Origin: Cytophagaceae bacterium
GTDB taxonomy: Bacteria; Bacteroidota; Bacteroidia; Cytophagales; JAIYAX01
Reading direction: 5' to 3'
NCBI GenBank assembly: GCA_027488815.1
Contig: JAIYAX010000026.1
Coordinates: 15,812-79,811 of the forward strand
DNA: 64,000 bases
This document shows positions 59,096 to 64,000 of the stretch, piece after piece; positions within the stretch are counted from its first letter, which is position 1, and each line of letters begins with the position of its first letter. Made by a program: the position numbers and the translations under genes. The notes under the pieces were generated by a model that saw nothing but the letters and a program-made list of their open reading frames with translations, searched no databases and was not told the origin of the DNA.

Positions 59096-60423
59096 ATCCC
59101 AGTATAGTTCAAAGGGCTGATAGAGAGCAATCTTGCTTTGAGCTCTTCGGAAATATCCAGCGAATGAATGAACAACTCTAGGTCCTGTTGACTCAAAGCC
59201 GCCTGCCCACGAGTAAAATCCCGAAGTTTTTCATACGGATTTGGGTAGCCTTCCGCCCTCAAGATGGTTTGAATAGCCTCTGCAACGACCATTGGATTAT
59301 CCAAAAGGTCTTTTTCGATTGCATGAACATTCAGTTTAAGTTTACTTAGACCTACCGTAAGGGATTTGAGAGCCAACAAGGTATGCGCAAAAGGAACACC
59401 TACGTTTCTGATCACAGTGCTATCAGTAAGATCACGCTGCAATCTGGAAATGGGCAGTTTACGGGCCAGATGATCAAAGAAGGCATTGGCAAGGCCTAAA
59501 TTTCCCTCTGCATTTTCAAAGTCAATCGGATTTACCTTGTGAGGCATAGCAGAAGAGCCCACTTCTCCGGCTTTGATTTGCTGGCTGAAGTAGTCCATGC
59601 TGATGTATTGCCAAAGGTCTCTGCAAAGGTCAAGTAAGATACAATTGATACGCTGAAACAGATCAAACAGGGCAGCTAGCTGATCGTAGTGTTCAATCTG
59701 TGTGGTGTATTGCTGCCGATGCAGGTCGAGTCGTTCCTCCATAAAGCGGTCTGCAAATGCCTTCCACTCTACCTGTGGAAAAGCAACTGCGTGCGCATTG
59801 AAATTTCCGGTAGCTCCTCCAAATTTTCCACTGAAACGATACGAGGCAAGTTGGGCCAGTTGTGCATTGAGCCGCTCCACAAAAACCATCATTTCTTTCC
59901 CCAAGCGGGTAGGAGAGGCCGGTTGTCCATGTGTTCGGGCAAGCATAGGAATATCTGCCCACTCCTCTGCCATCATTTGCAATCTATCAAGTACGAGCAT
60001 CAGTTCAGGCTGAATAACCTCCTGAATGGAGTCACGAATCATCATTGGCAAGGCCGTGTTGTTGATGTCCTGTGAGGTAAGCCCAAAATGAACCCATTCC
60101 TTTGCTGCACCGAGACCCTCCTCTTCTACCCAGGATTTTACCAGGTATTCCATGGCTTTCACATCATGGTTTGTCTCTTTTTCTTTTTGCTTAACGAGCT
60201 GGGCATCGGCCTCCGAAAACTGCTCCAATCTTTGCTGAAGGTTTATTTCCTGCTCTCTGCTAAGGCTGAAAAAGCCTGCATCAGCTAAGGCATTAAAATA
60301 AGCCAGCTCCACTTCAATGCGGTATCTAATCAGGGCATATTCAGAGAAATAAGCAGACAACTCACGCAACTTGCTGTGGTACCGACCGTCGATCGGTGAA
60401 ATTGCCAGAAGGGGTTCAGCCAT
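59092..60423 (-). CDS. purB: Adenylosuccinate lyase
   Basis: 443 aa, fumarate-lyase superfamily, with the signature GSSAMPHKVNP. Confidence 0.95.
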   Translation of the reverse strand: MAEPLLAISPIDGRYHSKLRELSAYFSEYALIRYRIEVELAYFNALADAGFFSLSREQEINLQQRLEQFSEADAQLVKQKEKETNHDVKAMEYLVKSWVEEEGLGAAKEWVHFGLTSQDINNTALPMMIRDSIQEVIQPELMLVLDRLQMMAEEWADIPMLARTHGQPASPTRLGKEMMVFVERLNAQLAQLASYRFSGKFGGATGNFNAHAVAFPQVEWKAFADRFMEERLDLHRQQYTTQIEHYDQLAALFDLFQRINCILLDLCRDLWQYISMDYFSQQIKAGEVGSSAMPHKVNPIDFENAEGNLGLANAFFDHLARKLPISRLQRDLTDSTVIRNVGVPFAHTLLALKSLTVGLSKLKLNVHAIEKDLLDNPMVVAEAIQTILRAEGYPNPYEKLRDFTRGQAALSQQDLELFIHSLDISEELKARLLSISPLNYTGI

Positions 60424-60630
60424 AGGGGGATTACTAAAATGCGAAGATAACAGCCTGTAGTCGATTGAGCTTGTTTTTTACACTTGAATGCAACCGTAGC
60501 CTGGTGAGCCTGTTTTCTTTGATTTAGTTTGGTCCATTTTAATAGTGTACATCGCCAATTTACGGCTCATTTTTTTCCTCATTCTGCCTGATTTGGGTTC
60601 ATCATCTGTACCAAATGTGCAACTTGCAGC

Positions 60631-62322
60631 ATGAAATACGGATTGATCCTGTTCCTCTTTTTTAGCTTCAGTCTTGCACAGGCTCAGTCGATCCGATGCC
60701 ATACTTCACTGCTTGCCTTTGATACCCTGTTGGAGACGCAAACGGATAGTCTCTCTTTTTTTCTAAGCAATGTTTCTCAACAAGGGATTACAGTCAACCA
60801 GTTTTACCTAATGCCCATTTATGGTGCTCCGGCATTTTTTTTAAAAGACTCTGTGTTTTTCGTTCCTGCGCTGGACAGTGTGAGGGTTTGGGTGTATTTC
60901 AAACCCAGACACAACATCTACCACAACAGCGAACTCATCATGACATTTTGCCCTACAGGTCAGTGTCTGGCAGGAACGCACCGGATCAATCTGACCGGCC
61001 AGGGGAGGTACAGCATAACCTATTATCAGACAACAGAAAACCTGATTGAACAAAGCCTCAGGACAGCCTTAAAAACGAAGATAAGTAGCCCATTCACTTC
61101 TCTGGGGTACAATAGTGCAAGGGATCAGATGTTTATGTTGATTGATAACAAGGCCACCAACGGGCAAGGAGCAACGGTCAATACCTTAGAGTGCATTTAC
61201 ACCGGGCGGGTCATCACTGGCTACACCAGCCGAACCCAGGCGCAAAATTCTCCCATGAACTTCAATACAGAACACACTTTCCCGCAAGGGTTTTTTAGCG
61301 AGAACGAGCCCATGCGTTCAGATCTTTTTCATTTGTTCCCCACGGATGCACCGGCAAACAACAGCAGGGCAAACTTTGCATTTGGCATTGCAAGCACGCC
61401 TTTTCAAAGTGTCGCCATCAACAATCCTCTCAATCTGGCTGATGCCTCAAAATTAGGTGCGAACAACTTGTATGAGCCACGCAACCTTCAAAAAGGAAGG
61501 ACCGCAAGAGGGATGATGTATTTTGTGCTGCGCTATCAGGATTACAGCAATTTCATGTCAGGTCAGGAAAGCATACTACGCACCTGGCATAGCCTTTACC
61601 CTCCATTGACAGAAGAACGAACCCGCAATCAGGCCATTGCTCTTCAACAACAAAATCGAAATCCCTTCATTGACTATCCTCAGTTTGCAGAACGTATCAG
61701 CAGCCTGACCGCAGCGACTACAAACGCTCCGGTAGTTTGGGGCATCAGGCCTGCCCTGAACAGCATTCATTTGGGTCCGGTCGGTGTAGATAGCCTCTAC
61801 CGCTATGTTTTTCATTTGACCAATACCGGAAACCAAACCATTCAGATTTCAAACCCCACCATCTCAGGAGCTGGTCTTGCGATCACTTCGGGATCATCCG
61901 GATTTACCATAGCAATAGGGGAGTCTACACCAGTTTCCTTGAGTTTTACCCAATCCGGTAACCTGAGCCCTTCAGGAACGTTGTCCTTTCAAACCAATGT
62001 GCCAGGCTTTGGAAGTGTAAACATCCCAATAACGGGCGCAAACCAGCTTTCACTGGAGCAAACGGAGTTTCGTTTTGTCGCACCTGAGCTTTTCCCATTA
62101 CCTGCTGACGAAGAGGTTTACATCGGTTTTAAAGAAAAGCTATATCAGCCTCTGTATCTCCGGTTGATCAATGAACGAGGGCAGGTTGTTTTAGACCAAA
62201 TAGAAGCTCCCAATGAGGAGTCTTTTATCATTGAAACCCGCCATTTGCCTGAGGGGCTCTATTTCCTTGGTTTAGCTTACGGAAGCTTTCACCAATTCTA
62301 CAAAGTGCCTGTAAGGCATTAA
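60631..62322 (+). CDS. Extracellular endonuclease I-family nuclease with a T9SS C-terminal sorting domain
   Basis: 563 aa with a signal peptide (..LAQAQ) and an endonuclease I core (NTEHTFPQGFF, DLFHLFPTD..NNSRAN, NRNPFIDYP). Ig-like segments flank the core, and the C-terminal tail reads LFPLPADEEVYI...GLYFLGL. Confidence 0.82.
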   Translation: MKYGLILFLFFSFSLAQAQSIRCHTSLLAFDTLLETQTDSLSFFLSNVSQQGITVNQFYLMPIYGAPAFFLKDSVFFVPALDSVRVWVYFKPRHNIYHNSELIMTFCPTGQCLAGTHRINLTGQGRYSITYYQTTENLIEQSLRTALKTKISSPFTSLGYNSARDQMFMLIDNKATNGQGATVNTLECIYTGRVITGYTSRTQAQNSPMNFNTEHTFPQGFFSENEPMRSDLFHLFPTDAPANNSRANFAFGIASTPFQSVAINNPLNLADASKLGANNLYEPRNLQKGRTARGMMYFVLRYQDYSNFMSGQESILRTWHSLYPPLTEERTRNQAIALQQQNRNPFIDYPQFAERISSLTAATTNAPVVWGIRPALNSIHLGPVGVDSLYRYVFHLTNTGNQTIQISNPTISGAGLAITSGSSGFTIAIGESTPVSLSFTQSGNLSPSGTLSFQTNVPGFGSVNIPITGANQLSLEQTEFRFVAPELFPLPADEEVYIGFKEKLYQPLYLRLINERGQVVLDQIEAPNEESFIIETRHLPEGLYFLGLAYGSFHQFYKVPVRH

Positions 62323-62754
62323 TTGTATTTTTGCCTCATGAGACTACTCGTGTCTATAGCCATCGTTTTGGTCATTTTCATTGCTATTGCCTCCTGTAAC
62401 AGCGGAAATAACAATGAACAGGTCAATCCAAATACGCAGAATATCATCCTGAATGACTCCTCTTCAACAACGGGCAGTCTTGAGGTAAGGGTAATCAATA
62501 ATTTTGGTAATCCGGAGAGCAATGTAGCAGTATGGTTGTATGCGACTTATCAGGATTATCAAAGCAACTTGTTTTTATTTCAACTCTTCACCAATCAAAG
62601 CGGATTGGCCAACTTTGGTTTTATCAATTTCGGGAATTACTACATCAGGGCTGAAAAGCAATCCGGGGCAATTATTTTGAACAACCAGCCGGGAGATATT
62701 GTTCAAGTACAAGCCCGAAAGAGTATCCGGGCAACTGTTGTGATCAGGAATTAA
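62323..62754 (+). CDS. Hypothetical lipoprotein (possible carboxypeptidase-regulatory-like beta-sandwich)
   Basis: 143 aa with lipobox IASC. LEVRVINNFGNPESNVAVWLY and the later GNYYIRAEK (separated by an intervening stretch) resemble CarboxypepD_reg-type domains, but the match is weak. Confidence 0.45.
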   Translation: MYFCLMRLLVSIAIVLVIFIAIASCNSGNNNEQVNPNTQNIILNDSSSTTGSLEVRVINNFGNPESNVAVWLYATYQDYQSNLFLFQLFTNQSGLANFGFINFGNYYIRAEKQSGAIILNNQPGDIVQVQARKSIRATVVIRN

Positions 62755-62816
62755 ACTAAGCTGAGTTTCTGAACTTAGTTGTAAGAAGTTAAAGCGGCCT
62801 TTCGTTAATTAATCAA

Positions 62817-63881
62817 ATGAGCAGTTCACTCAAATTAACCGTCAAAAAAGTCATCAGAGAAACTTCTGATGCCATCAGCATACACTTTGATCCACCGCCA
62901 CAGGCCGCACCTTATTTATCAGGGCAATTTCTGACTCTTATTTCCAGTGTAAATGGCAAAAGTGTTCGAAGGGCTTACTCACTTTGCAGCTCACCGGTTA
63001 CGGATGCCGACTGGGCTGTGGCTGTAAAGCGGGTAGAGGGAGGCTTAATGTCCAATTTCCTGAATGAGCAACTCAAGGAAGGGGCTCAGATCGAGCTCTT
63101 ACCTCCTATGGGAAATTTTGTGGTAAAAACAGAGCCCTCCAAATCAAGACATTTTGTATTGTTTGGTGGTGGAAGTGGCATTACACCACTTTATTCAATC
63201 GCTAAAACAGTTTTAAAATCAGAGCCGGGCAGCTTTGTCTCTCTGATCTATGGGAACAGAGACAGCGACTCCATCATTTTCAAAACTGGCTTGGATCAAC
63301 TCGGGCAGGAGTATAAAGATCGCTTTGCCCTCATTCATGTATTGGAAAAACCTCCCGGTGACTGGTCCGGACTTACCGGTTATATCACGGTTGAGGTTGT
63401 TAAAAACTCTCTCCGGCTATTTCCACAACTTCCTATAACGGATACCTTTTACTACATGTGTGGCCCACTGCCGATGATGGATAGTGTTCGCCAGTCACTT
63501 GATCTTTTGGGGATACCGGCAGCTCATATCTTCAGGGAAAGTTTTTTCAGTGACCAAAGCAAATCTGCCGATGAGAAAGCTGTTGTAGTCAACAGCAACA
63601 AACAGGGCATACAGACGGTAACCATTTTACTTGAGGGCAAAGAGTATAAAGTTGAGGTGGCTCCAGAGGAAAGTATCTTACAGGCAGCGCTCGATGATGA
63701 TATTGACATGCCCTACTCCTGCCAAAGTGGACTTTGTACGGCTTGCAGAGGAAAGTGCCTGAGCGGTAGTGTCCATCTGGACGAGCGGGAAGGATTATCT
63801 GACTCAGAGCTTAAGGAAGGCTATGTTCTCACCTGCGTAGGTCATCCCATCACTCCCGGAGTTATCATTGAAATAGGCTGA
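62817..63881 (+). CDS. Ferredoxin-NAD(P)+ reductase-type flavoprotein with a C-terminal 2Fe-2S ferredoxin domain (PaaE-like)
   Basis: 354 aa with FAD-binding RAYSLCS, NAD-binding LFGGGSGITP and plant-type 2Fe-2S cysteines (CQSGLCTACRGKC). Confidence 0.88.
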   Translation: MSSSLKLTVKKVIRETSDAISIHFDPPPQAAPYLSGQFLTLISSVNGKSVRRAYSLCSSPVTDADWAVAVKRVEGGLMSNFLNEQLKEGAQIELLPPMGNFVVKTEPSKSRHFVLFGGGSGITPLYSIAKTVLKSEPGSFVSLIYGNRDSDSIIFKTGLDQLGQEYKDRFALIHVLEKPPGDWSGLTGYITVEVVKNSLRLFPQLPITDTFYYMCGPLPMMDSVRQSLDLLGIPAAHIFRESFFSDQSKSADEKAVVVNSNKQGIQTVTILLEGKEYKVEVAPEESILQAALDDDIDMPYSCQSGLCTACRGKCLSGSVHLDEREGLSDSELKEGYVLTCVGHPITPGVIIEIG

Positions 63882-64000
63882 TGAATACAGCCCAGTTTCA
63901 GAAAGAGCAGGTTAAGGCCAAAAGGACCTTCTTGCCCAAAGACTTAGAAATCACAGGCTGGGATAGCCTGGCTCCTTATTTTGATCAATTGCTTTCTGCA
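63881..64000 (+). CDS. Partial CDS (N-terminus): probable M3-family oligoendopeptidase (PepF-like)
   Basis: The ATG overlaps the preceding stop (TGATG). MNTAQFQKEQVKAKRTFLPKDLEITGWDSLAPYFDQLLSA resembles the N-termini of Bacteroidota M3 oligoendopeptidases as I recall them. Only 40 aa are visible. Confidence 0.45.
   Translation, partial: MNTAQFQKEQVKAKRTFLPKDLEITGWDSLAPYFDQLLSA

Overview
This 64-kb chromosomal segment looks like a Bacteroidota genome. The evidence is four proteins with T9SS-type C-terminal sorting domains, a DUF1573 protein, Bat-like VWA/TPR genes, a two-gene MetH and TAnnTTTG-type -7 boxes. GC content looks mid-40s % by eye. Coding density is high: about 58 protein genes, a 3-tRNA cluster (Ser-GCT, Pro-TGG, Arg-TCT), one clear SAM-I riboswitch and several intrinsic terminators. 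Most genes are housekeeping or central metabolism: gyrB, ppk1, ppx, metH/metF, trpS, purC, purB, ribE, pcm, rnz, thiolase, 2-oxoacid dehydrogenase E1, and the glyoxylate shunt aceBA with a divergent RamB/ScfR-type regulator. I saw no CRISPR array, IS element or transposase, integrase, phage genes or recognisable defence genes. The four stretches most worth a second look are listed here. (1) At 4.5-12.1 kb, a block of envelope proteins each carries a cysteine pair: a periplasmic TlpA-like reductase, a beta-barrel with a C-terminal CxxxxC, a CxxC lipoprotein, and two T9SS cargo proteins sharing the same CxxC module. This could be an uncharacterised periplasm-to-surface thiol-redox system. (2) A translationally coupled operon encodes an ABC substrate-binding protein and two permeases with no ATPase gene, fused to Bat-like VWA and TPR genes. 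(3) A methyltransferase gene is coupled to a three-domain nucleotidyltransferase / GmhB-like phosphatase / P-loop kinase fusion. (4) Several regulatory details stand out: a SAM-I aptamer abutting a GTG start, MetH split by one in-frame TAA, and a perfect 16-bp palindrome centred in the aceB-regulator intergenic region. All functional calls come from motif recognition by eye; no database search was run.
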